Shown in pieces: positions 44,145 to 53,445 of a stretch of DNA of 64,000 nt. The notes beneath the pieces were generated by a model. The model was not told the DNA's origin, did not search any database, and saw only the letters and a list, made by a program, of their open reading frames with translations. Source of the DNA: an uncultured Bacilli bacterium (GTDB lineage Bacteria; Bacillota_I; Bacilli_A; RF39; UBA660); NCBI GenBank assembly GCA_934090735.1, contig CAKOJR010000001.1, positions 90,984-154,983 of the forward strand, read 5' to 3'. A program made the position numbers and the translations under genes. Position 1 is the stretch's first letter; the number at the start of each line of letters is the position of its first letter.

Positions 44145-45402
44145 CTATTTTCTTGTTTCTTTCAATAGCAGTGGAGTCTGGAAGAAGGCTTGATGCTTTT
44201 ATGATACTGTTTGCACCAAATTTGTTTTTAATTTCATCTACGGCTTTATCTTTACTTTTGTTTTGAACTTTTTCTTCAATGCTTTCAAATAAGTTAAGTT
44301 GCATGCCGGTGTCATCAGATAGTCCTCCTAGAGCAATAGATACTTTTCTAATAGGTAAATCTTCATAGTATTTATCAAATATGTTTAAACAGTCATCACA
44401 TATTTCTTTAGTATCACTAGTTGGGACATCTCTTTTAAAAGAGTGATAAAAGCCACCACCAATACTTCTAGAGTACCCAATACCAAAACTTATAACTTTA
44501 GTGCATTTGTTCATAGCTCTTAATCTTTTGGTTAAAACATCGCACATTTCTTTTATGATAAGAATAATGTTATCACCATTATAATCTTTAAAAAGAACTT
44601 GACTATGACTTATTGATTTATCTTTAGGTGCATAATTAAAATCACTAATTTTGGATAAATCAATTCCATTTGCATGGTACCATAATTCTTCACCAATAAC
44701 GCCAAATTTCTCTTTTAATTTATATCTATCGTATTTAGCAATGTCACCAATTTTTTTAAGACCGAGTTTATTTAAATTACTTTCCATTCTTGAGCCAATA
44801 CCCCACATTTTAGATAGGGGAGTAATTTCCCAAAGTTTAGTTTTAACATCATCATAAGTCCATTTTGCTATATTATTTTTAACATGTTTAGCATCTATAT
44901 CCATCGCAACTTTGGCCATCATTAAATTAGGTCCAATTCCTGCAGTAGCAGTAAGCCCAGTTTTTTCCTTAATTCTCTTAAGAATCTTTAACGCAAGTTC
45001 ATAATCAGTAAGCTTATACATTTTTAAATAAGACGTAACATCAAGTAATACCTCATCAATTGAATATATATGCATATCTTCCTTAGATACAAATTCTAAA
45101 TAAGTCTCAATAACTTCTTTACTTTTTTCTACATATAAGCTCATTCTGGGTGGTGCTTTCATGATAACGGTTCCTCTAGGAAACTTATACTTATTAATAT
45201 CATAAATTCGGCATCTACCAGGAACTCCAAATTGTTTTAGATAAGGGGTAACTGCTAAAGTAATTGCACCTTTTTGTTTTGGATTACATACAACTAGAGG
45301 AGTAGTAAAAGGATCTAAACCTCTATCTATGCACTCACAAGATGCAAAAAAACTTTTTAAATCGATAGCAATAATATTCCTTTTAATATATAAATCATTC
45401 AT
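44128..45402 (-). CDS. Y-family (UmuC/UvrX/DinB-like) translesion DNA polymerase
   Basis: IIAIDLKSFFASCECIDRGLDP...PLVV (catalytic N-terminus), TATAGIGPNLMMAKVAMD, LWEITPLSKMWGIGSRMESNLNKLG. Confidence 0.85.
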   Translation of the reverse strand: MNDLYIKRNIIAIDLKSFFASCECIDRGLDPFTTPLVVCNPKQKGAITLAVTPYLKQFGVPGRCRIYDINKYKFPRGTVIMKAPPRMSLYVEKSKEVIETYLEFVSKEDMHIYSIDEVLLDVTSYLKMYKLTDYELALKILKRIKEKTGLTATAGIGPNLMMAKVAMDIDAKHVKNNIAKWTYDDVKTKLWEITPLSKMWGIGSRMESNLNKLGLKKIGDIAKYDRYKLKEKFGVIGEELWYHANGIDLSKISDFNYAPKDKSISHSQVLFKDYNGDNIILIIKEMCDVLTKRLRAMNKCTKVISFGIGYSRSIGGGFYHSFKRDVPTSDTKEICDDCLNIFDKYYEDLPIRKVSIALGGLSDDTGMQLNLFESIEEKVQNKSKDKAVDEIKNKFGANSIIKASSLLPDSTAIERNKKIGGHSA

Positions 45403-45424
45403 TTTGCACCTCTAATTAAATTAT

Positions 45425-45438
45425 AGAACAATTGTATC
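45425..45438. promoter_or_regulatory. Candidate LexA (Cheo-type) box upstream of the polymerase gene
   Basis: AGAACAATTGTATC, compared with the consensus CGAAC-N4-GTTCG. A second half-matching site, CGAACAAATATTTT, is at 45471-45484. Confidence 0.35.
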
Positions 45439-45544
45439 AATAATTCAACTGGTAATAATTGGAAATAGTACGAACAAATATTTTATAAAATGCTTTTCTT
45501 AAAAATAAAAATAGGTTATAATATAAATTGAAAGAAGGCTTATT

Positions 45545-47722
45545 ATGTATGCAGATGTTTTAATTGAATTTAGTGCTAAGGCGATAGATCAAACATTTAC
45601 TTATATAGTGCCAGATGATTTAAAAGGTAAACTTAAAAGAGGAATGAAAGTTTCTGTACCTTTTGGAGTGAGTGGCATAATAAATGGGTTTGTTACTGAT
45701 ATTAAAGATTCATGTGATTATGATGAAGATAAGTTAAAAGAGATAGTTCGAGTTACTGATTCAGCTTTTATTTTAAATGATGAGTTAATGAAGCTTGGTG
45801 TATTTTTAAAAGAGACTTGTTTATGTACTCAGATTAGTGCTTATCAATCAATGCTTCCAACAAGTATGAAAGTTAAAACAATTGATGCAAATTATCAGCA
45901 ATATGATGAGTTTGTTTCTTTAATTAAGAATCCTGATGATTATATCAAAAGGCATAAAACTGCAAAGAAACAGATAGAGCTTTTAAATAAACTTAAAGAA
46001 AAAAGCATTATTTCTAAAACTGGTGTGTCATCAGCAATTGTTAGGATATTAGAGGGTGAAGGACTTGTTAAAGTAATTAAGAAACCTAAATATAGAATTA
46101 ATGCTGAAAAAAATGATCACAAAGTAACTTTAACCGAAGAACAACAAGAAGTAGCAAATAAAGTAATAAACTCTAAAGGAAAAGCAGAAACCTTCCTCTT
46201 ATATGGTATAACCGGATCAGGTAAAACCGAAGTCTATCTAAACATCATCGATAACATAATTAAAGAAGGCAAAACTGCACTTTTACTTGTTCCAGAAATA
46301 AGCCTTACAACTCAAATAATAAAGAGGTTTTATAATCATTTTGGAAATAATGTTGCCGTATTTCATTCAGCATTATCTGATGGAGAAAAATATGACGAAT
46401 ATCATAAAATAATGGATAAAAAGGTAAGTGTAGTAGTAGGAACTAGAAGTGCTATTTTTACACCTTTAGAAAATATAGGTGTTATTATTATTGATGAGGA
46501 ACATTCATCTAATTATAAGCAAGAAAATAATCCTAGATACAATGCTAAAGATGTAGCTTTATGGCGTAGCACGTACCACTCATGCCCAGTAGTACTTGGT
46601 AGTGCAACTCCATCTCTTGAATCAATGGCAAGAGCTCAAAAGGGAGTGTTTACACTTTTAACACTTCAAAATCGTATTGGCAAGGCAAAACTTCCAGAAA
46701 TAACAATAGTTGATATGAAAGAAGAGTATCAAAAAGGAAACAGCACTATAAGTGATGCTTTAGATAAAGAAATAAAAGAAGCCTTAAATAATGATAAGCA
46801 AGTAATGCTCTTTTTAAATAGAAGAGGTTTTAATACGTTTGTTAGTTGCCGAAACTGTGGTTATACGTATAAATGCCCAAACTGTGATATTACTTTAACT
46901 TATCATAAAACAAGTAATAATTTAAGATGCCATTATTGTGGTTATACACTTCTTTATAATGGTATCTGTCCTGAATGCAAAGAAAAAGCCTTAACATCAC
47001 TAGGACTTGGAACAGAAAAACTAGAAGAAGAAATCAAAATAAAATACCCAGAAGCCAAAGTATTAAGAATGGATGCTGATACAACAACAAGAAAAGGTAG
47101 TCACGAAAAATATATCCAAATGATTGAAAATGGTGAAGTAAACATCATTGTTGGAACTCAAATGATTAGTAAAGGTTTAGATTTTCCAAATGTAACCGTA
47201 GTAGGCGTGATAAATGCTGATGAATCGCTAAATATACCAGACTTTAGAAGTGGAGAATATACTTATAGTTTATTATCACAGGTATCAGGTAGGGCTGGAC
47301 GAAAAAATGGTGATGGTAAAGTAATACTTCAAACATTTAATAAAGATAATGTGACTCTTAATTTAGTAAAAAATAATAATTATAATGGGTTATATATGTA
47401 TGAGATGAATATTAGAAGAGAACTTAAGTATCCACCATATTTTTATATTACAACAATCAAAATTGCATCCAAAGATTATGAAGAAGCAAGTAAAGAAGCA
47501 ACTAAAGCCTGCACATTTTTAAGAAAAAATCTAGAAAACACGTACATCTTAGGACCAACAACTGCCAGAATGTTTAAAGTGAAAAATATCTACAGATTTC
47601 AAATAATTCTAAAATATAAAAATTTTGAACAAATTAAGGTGGTTTTAACAGAGTTAGATAATATTTATAAAACGAATACAAAAGTAAACATCGAAATAGA
47701 TAATAACCCTTGTTATATTTAA
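45545..47722 (+). CDS. priA: Primosomal protein N' (PriA helicase)
   Basis: LLYGITGSGKTEVYL (Walker A), IIIDEEH. Zn-finger cluster CRNCGYTYKCPNCDITLTYHK...LRCHYCGY...CPECK. Confidence 0.9.
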   Translation: MYADVLIEFSAKAIDQTFTYIVPDDLKGKLKRGMKVSVPFGVSGIINGFVTDIKDSCDYDEDKLKEIVRVTDSAFILNDELMKLGVFLKETCLCTQISAYQSMLPTSMKVKTIDANYQQYDEFVSLIKNPDDYIKRHKTAKKQIELLNKLKEKSIISKTGVSSAIVRILEGEGLVKVIKKPKYRINAEKNDHKVTLTEEQQEVANKVINSKGKAETFLLYGITGSGKTEVYLNIIDNIIKEGKTALLLVPEISLTTQIIKRFYNHFGNNVAVFHSALSDGEKYDEYHKIMDKKVSVVVGTRSAIFTPLENIGVIIIDEEHSSNYKQENNPRYNAKDVALWRSTYHSCPVVLGSATPSLESMARAQKGVFTLLTLQNRIGKAKLPEITIVDMKEEYQKGNSTISDALDKEIKEALNNDKQVMLFLNRRGFNTFVSCRNCGYTYKCPNCDITLTYHKTSNNLRCHYCGYTLLYNGICPECKEKALTSLGLGTEKLEEEIKIKYPEAKVLRMDADTTTRKGSHEKYIQMIENGEVNIIVGTQMISKGLDFPNVTVVGVINADESLNIPDFRSGEYTYSLLSQVSGRAGRKNGDGKVILQTFNKDNVTLNLVKNNNYNGLYMYEMNIRRELKYPPYFYITTIKIASKDYEEASKEATKACTFLRKNLENTYILGPTTARMFKVKNIYRFQIILKYKNFEQIKVVLTELDNIYKTNTKVNIEIDNNPCYI

Positions 47723-47755
47723 AAAAATTTAGTAAAATTAATAATAGGTGATAAC

Positions 47756-49630
47756 GTGGAAGTTAAAGATAAGAGACCAAATATAATAGCAATCATAGGA
47801 GCAATAGTTCTCCTAGTACTTGCAGTAGTAGGTTTATCATATGCTTTTTTTAGTGCATTTATTAATGGTGGTGAAACAGATACATCAGTTGAAGGGACAG
47901 GAGCAAACCTAAGTCTAGTATACGCAGATGGTAAAAGCGTTATAACATCATCGAACATCATGCCAGGATGGAGTGCTACTAAAACATTTACGGTAACAAA
48001 CAATGGAGAGGCAGATGCTTATTACAAACTAAAAATTTCTGATATAAATAATTATTTTGTAGGAGATGCAATATCATTTTTAATAACAAGTACAGATGGC
48101 GGAGCAAATATAGAAGAACAATCAGTTGGATGTGGATCAGATTCAAGAGTAATATCCTTGGCAATACCAATAGAAGTAGGGAAAACTCATACGTATATAA
48201 TTACAACAAAATATCGAAACTTAGATATGGATCAAACTCCTGATTTAGGTAATTCATTTAAATTTAAAATTAGTATTGAAAGTAGTCAAAAGGAAACTGC
48301 ACCAAATGGCTGGGAAGAAGCAGAAAGTGGCACACTTCTAGCAGCATTAAGAGAAAACAATGAACTAAAACCAACCATTACTAAACCAATAAATAACGTA
48401 AGCGCACATACAATAGATGATGTTCAAGAACAAAGCCAAAATGTTTATACACATGAAGTTGATCGCTATGCCACATATGCAACTGGTTGGAAATCAACAC
48501 TTGAGTGGGGCTTTGAGCCAACCGGCGTTTCAGTAGCAAACGATACATATAAAAATTCTTATCAAAACTTAATTGGCAAATATATTCAGAGCACAAATTT
48601 TTCAAGTATAAGCTCAGTAACGCCAGGAGACAAAAAAACAACAATATCATATTATACATATTATGTGACGAATGCGACATTAAATAAAATCACCTATAAG
48701 TTACTTTCTTCAAACCAAAATACAACAGAGGCTCTTCTCGCAAGTACAAAAGATGATTATGGAACATCATATTATTTTAGAGGAGCAGTAAAAAATAATT
48801 ATGTAGAGTTTGCTAATAAATGCTGGCGTATAGTAAGAATAGTAGGTGATGGCTCAGTAAAACTTGTACTTCATAATGACAATATGTCTAACGTAACAAA
48901 TCCATGTTCTTCAATAAATAATAGTGATGAAGCAGCATTTGCTCACTATGATGGAACAACATATAAAAGTTCATTCAATGACAATCATGATGATAATGCA
49001 TATTTTGGATTTATGTATGGCACAGCAGGTTCAAGTGATTATGCTAGTACACATGCAAATATCAACAAAAGCACAATACTTAGAAATTTAGAGACTTGGT
49101 ATAAAAAAAATTTAGCAGCATACACTGATAAACTTGCAGATACGATATGGTGCAATAGTAAACGCATATCTGGGGGTTCTGGATATGGAACAAACAAGAC
49201 ATATTATTCAATAGGAACAAATTTTATTTGTCCAAATGATAGTAATGACGGTGATTTATCAAAATTTACTGTGGATGATACAACGAATGGAAATGGCGCA
49301 TTAGATTATAAAATTGGACTATTAACTGCAAATGAAGTATTTTATGCTGGCTATATGGAAACAAACAGTATTTCAAATAACTCTGCATACTTACAAGAAA
49401 ATATGGGAGATAACATGTGGTGGACTTTAAGTCCTGCATCTTATGGGCATATAAATAATACTGATGATCCATTAAACTATGTATTGGAAAACTACATTAC
49501 TGGATTACATGTATCCAGAAGCAGAGTAAATAATAACCATGCTGCAATACGCCCATCTATATCTTTAGTATCAAATATTGAAATTTTAGGTGGCTCTGGT
49601 ACATCTGAAGATCCTTATGTTGTAAAATAA
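47756..49630 (+). CDS. Large secreted protein, paralog B (same architecture as 7569-9725)
   Basis: GTG start after AGGTGA. TM followed by GLSYAFFS. C-terminal half shares long identical runs with paralog A (DDYGTSYYFRGAVKNNYV.FANKCWRIVRI.GDGSVKLVLHNDN; FMYGTAGSSDYASTHAN.NKSTIL.NLETWY). Confidence 0.7.
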   Translation: MEVKDKRPNIIAIIGAIVLLVLAVVGLSYAFFSAFINGGETDTSVEGTGANLSLVYADGKSVITSSNIMPGWSATKTFTVTNNGEADAYYKLKISDINNYFVGDAISFLITSTDGGANIEEQSVGCGSDSRVISLAIPIEVGKTHTYIITTKYRNLDMDQTPDLGNSFKFKISIESSQKETAPNGWEEAESGTLLAALRENNELKPTITKPINNVSAHTIDDVQEQSQNVYTHEVDRYATYATGWKSTLEWGFEPTGVSVANDTYKNSYQNLIGKYIQSTNFSSISSVTPGDKKTTISYYTYYVTNATLNKITYKLLSSNQNTTEALLASTKDDYGTSYYFRGAVKNNYVEFANKCWRIVRIVGDGSVKLVLHNDNMSNVTNPCSSINNSDEAAFAHYDGTTYKSSFNDNHDDNAYFGFMYGTAGSSDYASTHANINKSTILRNLETWYKKNLAAYTDKLADTIWCNSKRISGGSGYGTNKTYYSIGTNFICPNDSNDGDLSKFTVDDTTNGNGALDYKIGLLTANEVFYAGYMETNSISNNSAYLQENMGDNMWWTLSPASYGHINNTDDPLNYVLENYITGLHVSRSRVNNNHAAIRPSISLVSNIEILGGSGTSEDPYVVK

Positions 49631-49631
49631 C

Positions 49632-49660
49632 TTGCAATATATATAATTAGATTGTATAAT
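49632..49660 (+). promoter_or_regulatory. Promoter of the glyQS leader
   Basis: TTGCAA, 17 nt spacer, TATAAT. Confidence 0.6.
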
Positions 49661-49666
49661 ACATTT

Positions 49667-49772
49667 ATCAAGCGAAGACGGGGTGGAATCCTATCAGCTA
49701 TAAAGATTAATGAGAACAAAGTATGGTGGAACAGCGAGCACATTCGCCCATATGGCTTTGTTCTCATTTTTT
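49667..49772 (+). promoter_or_regulatory. T-box-like leader with a terminator upstream of glycyl-tRNA synthetase
   Basis: T-box-like GTATGG-TGGAACA-GCGAG-CACA-TTCGC-CCATAT (antiterminator shape with a UGGA bulge, 49721-49753). A long terminator helix ATGAGAACAAAG/CTTTGTTCTCAT is followed by T6 (49710-49772). Confidence 0.55.
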
Positions 49773-49789
49773 AATTTAAGGAGGAATTT

Positions 49790-51163
49790 ATGAAAAGTAA
49801 TATGGATGAAATTGTTAATTATGCTAAAAATTATGGATTTGTATTTCAAGGTAGTGAAATATATGGGGGTTTAGCAAACTCTTGGGATTATGGTCCTTTA
49901 GGAACGCTACTTAAAGAAAATATTAGAAGTGCTTGGAAAAAGAAGTTTATTCAGGAAAATCCTTATAATCATGGATTAGATGCTGCTATTTTAATGAATC
50001 CTAATGTTTGGGTAGCTTCTGGTCATGTTGCTTCATTTGCTGATCCACTTATTGATTGCAAGAGATGTAAAGCGCGTCATAGAGCTGACAAACTAATTGA
50101 AGACTTTACTAAAGGTGAAGAAACTGGTGATGGTTGGGCTAATGAAAAGTTGGAAGGCTACATTAAAGAACATGGTATTAAATGTCCTACGTGTGGAAGT
50201 ACTGAGTTTACACCAATTCGTAAGTTTAATCTTTTATTTGAAACTTCTATGGGTGTAACTGAGGATACTAAAAATGTTGTGTATCTAAGAGGAGAAACAG
50301 CACAAGGAATTTTTGTTAACTTTAAAAATGTTGAAAGAGCAATGAGATTAAAAGTACCTTTTGGTATAGCCCAAACTGGTAAAGCATTTAGAAATGAAAT
50401 TACTCCAGGCAACTTTATCTTTAGAACAAGAGAATTCGAACAAATGGAACTTGAATTCTTCTGTAAACCAGATACAGATTTAGAATGGTTTAAATACTGG
50501 AAAGATTACTGCTTAATGTTCTTAGAAAATCTAGGAATTAAAGAAGAAAACTTAAGATATAGAGACCATGCTAAGGAAGAGTTATCATTTTATAGTAAAG
50601 CAACAACTGATATTGAGTTCTTATTCCCATTTGGATGGGGAGAACTTTGGGGAATTGCTGATCGTACAGATTATGATTTAAGTGTTCATATGGAGCATAG
50701 TAAAGAGGACTTAAGAACAGTTGATCCAGAAACAAATGAAAAGTACTTACCATACGTGATTGAACCTAGTGTTGGTTTAGATAGATTATTACTTGCAATC
50801 CTATGCAACTCATATACTAAAGAAAAAGTAGGGGATGATGAAAGAGAAGTTTTAAAGATTCATCCATATTTAGCTCCAGTAAAATTAACAATCTTACCAT
50901 TAATTAAAAAGCTACATAGTGAGAAAGCTAGAGAGTTATATGCTGAGTTAAGTAGTGAATTTACCTGCCAATTAGATGAAGCTGGTTCTATAGGTAAGAG
51001 ATACCGCAGAAGTGATGCTATTGGTACTCCATACTGCATTACTATTGATGATGAAACTATTAATAATGGTACAGTTACTTTAAGAGATAGAGATACAATG
51101 GAACAAATTACACTAAAACTTGATGAAGTAAAAGATTATATTAATAATAAAATTAAATTTTAA
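49790..51163 (+). CDS. glyQS: Glycine--tRNA ligase (class II, homodimeric GlyQS type)
   Basis: [71 protein letters not shown]. Confidence 0.92.
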   Translation: MKSNMDEIVNYAKNYGFVFQGSEIYGGLANSWDYGPLGTLLKENIRSAWKKKFIQENPYNHGLDAAILMNPNVWVASGHVASFADPLIDCKRCKARHRADKLIEDFTKGEETGDGWANEKLEGYIKEHGIKCPTCGSTEFTPIRKFNLLFETSMGVTEDTKNVVYLRGETAQGIFVNFKNVERAMRLKVPFGIAQTGKAFRNEITPGNFIFRTREFEQMELEFFCKPDTDLEWFKYWKDYCLMFLENLGIKEENLRYRDHAKEELSFYSKATTDIEFLFPFGWGELWGIADRTDYDLSVHMEHSKEDLRTVDPETNEKYLPYVIEPSVGLDRLLLAILCNSYTKEKVGDDEREVLKIHPYLAPVKLTILPLIKKLHSEKARELYAELSSEFTCQLDEAGSIGKRYRRSDAIGTPYCITIDDETINNGTVTLRDRDTMEQITLKLDEVKDYINNKIKF

Positions 51164-51183
51164 GCACTATATGTGCTTTTTTT
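51162..51183 (+). terminator. Rho-independent terminator after glyQS
   Basis: AAGCAC-TATAT-GTGCTT followed by T-run. Confidence 0.75.
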
Positions 51184-51364
51184 GAAATATTGAACTTGTC
51201 TAGTTTAGAAGATAGTAATATCATTTATATTGGAGAAACTATATTAAAATACAAGTACCTAAACAGATAAAAAACTAAATAAGCATAATTCGTGCTTTTT
51301 TCTTCTTTAAAATATAAAAAAAGTATGTTAGAATAGATTTAGAATAACATAAGGAGGAGTGCTT

Positions 51365-51769
51365 ATGGCATTTAATTTAAAAAAAGCTATATTTGGTGAT
51401 GAAGAAGATAACTTATCGTCTAACGTAGAAGAAGAATTTTATATGGTTAGTGGTAAAGATATAAAAGATGATGATGATAATGGTAATAAGATGATTTTAG
51501 TTGAGCCTCGTGCTTATTCAGAGAGTCAGACTATTGCTGATCATTTAAAGAAACGTAATAGTGTAGTAGTAAATTTAAAAAGAGTTACATCTGATCAAGC
51601 AAAGCGTATAATTGACTTTTTAACAGGTTGTATTTATGCTATTGGTGGAGATCTTCAGAAGTTAGGTAATGGTATTTATTTATGCACACCTAAAAATGTT
51701 ACTGTTCAAGGTAAGATGACTGAGGGAACAGAAAAGCCAGAAAAGAAAATGGATGAAATAGAGTTTTAA
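51365..51769 (+). CDS. sepF: Cell division protein SepF
   Basis: ILVEPRAYSESQTIADHLKKRNSVVVNLKRVTSDQAKRIIDFLTGCIYAIGGDLQKLGNGIYLCTP. ATG 51365 after AAGGAGGA. Confidence 0.88.
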   Translation: MAFNLKKAIFGDEEDNLSSNVEEEFYMVSGKDIKDDDDNGNKMILVEPRAYSESQTIADHLKKRNSVVVNLKRVTSDQAKRIIDFLTGCIYAIGGDLQKLGNGIYLCTPKNVTVQGKMTEGTEKPEKKMDEIEF

Positions 51770-51791
51770 TAAACCATAGAAGGTGATTGTT

Positions 51792-52220
51792 ATGGAAAAG
51801 TTTAGCACGTCTTTACGTGGCTATAATAAGGAAGAAGTAAATAAGTTTGTTGATGATTGTATTGTTAAAGTTGATAACATGCTTAATCAGTTAAAACAAA
51901 AAGACCTTGAAATAGAAGAGTTAAAGCATGATTTAGTTCAGTATAAGAATATGGAAGCAACATTTAATAAGGCAATTTTAGTTGCTGAAGATGCTTCTAA
52001 TCAGATTAAGAGAATGGCTAGGGATGAATCATCCAGACTTATTGATGATGCTAAAAAAAATGCATCTAGAATTGTTAACAATGCATTATTAGAAGCAGAA
52101 AAGACTCAAAGAGAAACTGAACAACTTCGACGTAATATAATTACCTTTAAACGTAGATTAAAAACTATTTTAGAAAATCAATTAGATTTGGTTGATGATA
52201 TTGATCATATAGAGTTATAA
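51792..52220 (+). CDS. divIVA: DivIVA domain protein
   Basis: FSTSLRGYNKEEVNKFVDD N-terminal DivIVA motif followed by a coiled-coil. Confidence 0.8.
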   Translation: MEKFSTSLRGYNKEEVNKFVDDCIVKVDNMLNQLKQKDLEIEELKHDLVQYKNMEATFNKAILVAEDASNQIKRMARDESSRLIDDAKKNASRIVNNALLEAEKTQRETEQLRRNIITFKRRLKTILENQLDLVDDIDHIEL

Positions 52221-52287
52221 GTACTTTTGAGTACTTTTTTTCGTTTACAAAGTTTTAGAACGCTGATATACTTGTTATGGTGGTAGG

Positions 52288-53367
52288 ATGAAACACGTGT
52301 ATATACATATTCCTTTTTGTAAAAATATATGTTCATATTGTGATTTTTGTAAAATGTATCATTTACCAAAGTTTACAGAGAATTATTTTGAGGCATTAAA
52401 AAGAGAAGTAGAAGATAGTTATATGGATGAACTTATTAATACTATATATATTGGTGGTGGAACTCCATCTTGCCTTACGATTGAAGAACTTCAAAAGTTA
52501 TTTTCGATTGTTAGGATGTTTAAGAAAAGTACTGATTGTGAGTTTACATTTGAATGTAATCCTGAAGATATTACAGAAGAACTTATTACATATCTTCTTA
52601 AAAATGGTGTAAATCGTTTAAGTATTGGTGTAGAGTCTTTTAATAAAGAAAATTTGGAATTTATGGAAAGAACAATTGATTATAAGGATTTTGAAGATAA
52701 GTTAAATATGATTAGATCTAAGGGAATAAATAATATTAATTTAGATTTAATATATGCGCTTCCAAATGAATCATTAGATACTTTGAAAAAGGATGTTAAG
52801 AAACTATTAAAATTAAATCCTGAACATATTAGTACGTATTCTTTAATTATTGAGGAGGATACTAAGTTGAAGCTTAGTAATACTAGTTATATTGATGAAG
52901 AGTTGGATGCTAAAATGTATGATTATATTTGTAGTAAATTAAAGAAAAATTATGTTCATTATGAGGTGTCTAATTTTGCTAAGGAGGGGTTTGAGTCAAA
53001 TCATAATATGTCATATTGGTTAAATGAAGAGTATTATGGATTTGGACTTGGAGCATCTGGTTATATTAATGGTTTTAGATATGAAAATACACATAATTTA
53101 AATGATTATTTAGAGGGAAAATATCATAAAGAAGAAAGTTTATTATCTAATGAAGAGGTTATGGAGTATGAGGTTATTTTAGGTTTAAGGATGCTTAAGG
53201 GGATAAATCTTCAAACATTTTTTGATAAGTATGGGGTAAATATTCAGGATGTGTTTCCGGTTAAACCACTTCTTAAAAGTAAGGAGTTAATATATAAAGA
53301 CGGGTATCTATTTATAAATCCAGATAAAATATATGTTATGAATGAAATTCTATTAAAACTTGTTTAG
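52288..53367 (+). CDS. hemW: Radical SAM heme chaperone HemW (HemN-like, oxygen-independent coproporphyrinogen oxidase family)
   Basis: YIHIPFCKNICSYCDF (CxxxCxxC), YIGGGTPS, SIGVESF. Confidence 0.85.
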   Translation: MKHVYIHIPFCKNICSYCDFCKMYHLPKFTENYFEALKREVEDSYMDELINTIYIGGGTPSCLTIEELQKLFSIVRMFKKSTDCEFTFECNPEDITEELITYLLKNGVNRLSIGVESFNKENLEFMERTIDYKDFEDKLNMIRSKGINNINLDLIYALPNESLDTLKKDVKKLLKLNPEHISTYSLIIEEDTKLKLSNTSYIDEELDAKMYDYICSKLKKNYVHYEVSNFAKEGFESNHNMSYWLNEEYYGFGLGASGYINGFRYENTHNLNDYLEGKYHKEESLLSNEEVMEYEVILGLRMLKGINLQTFFDKYGVNIQDVFPVKPLLKSKELIYKDGYLFINPDKIYVMNEILLKLV

Positions 53368-53445
53368 AATATAATTTAATAAGCCTTGCATAAATTGTGC
53401 TTGTTGTGATAAAATCAAATTATATAATAGTAAAGAGGTTAAATA

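Noticed and set aside
42600-45420. Possible integrated mobile element or prophage remnant at tRNA-Ala
   Set aside because: I found no integrase, recombinase, transposase or phage structural gene, and no direct repeat of the tRNA 3' end. It is kept only as a weak island-like impression in the findings.
47719-48003. 94-aa minus-strand ORF overlapping the start of exoprotein paralog B
   Set aside because: It is a shadow frame of the plus-strand gene. The plus-strand product has a clear signal anchor and a paralog supporting it.
51184-51301. Second terminator-like hairpin (AAGCAT-AATTC-GTGCTT plus T-run) about 100 nt after the glyQS terminator, suggesting a ~75-nt sRNA
   Set aside because: The only promoter-like sequence (TTGAAC-17-TAGTAA) is weak. 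The hairpin nearly duplicates the glyQS terminator. A tandem or back-up terminator is the simpler explanation.
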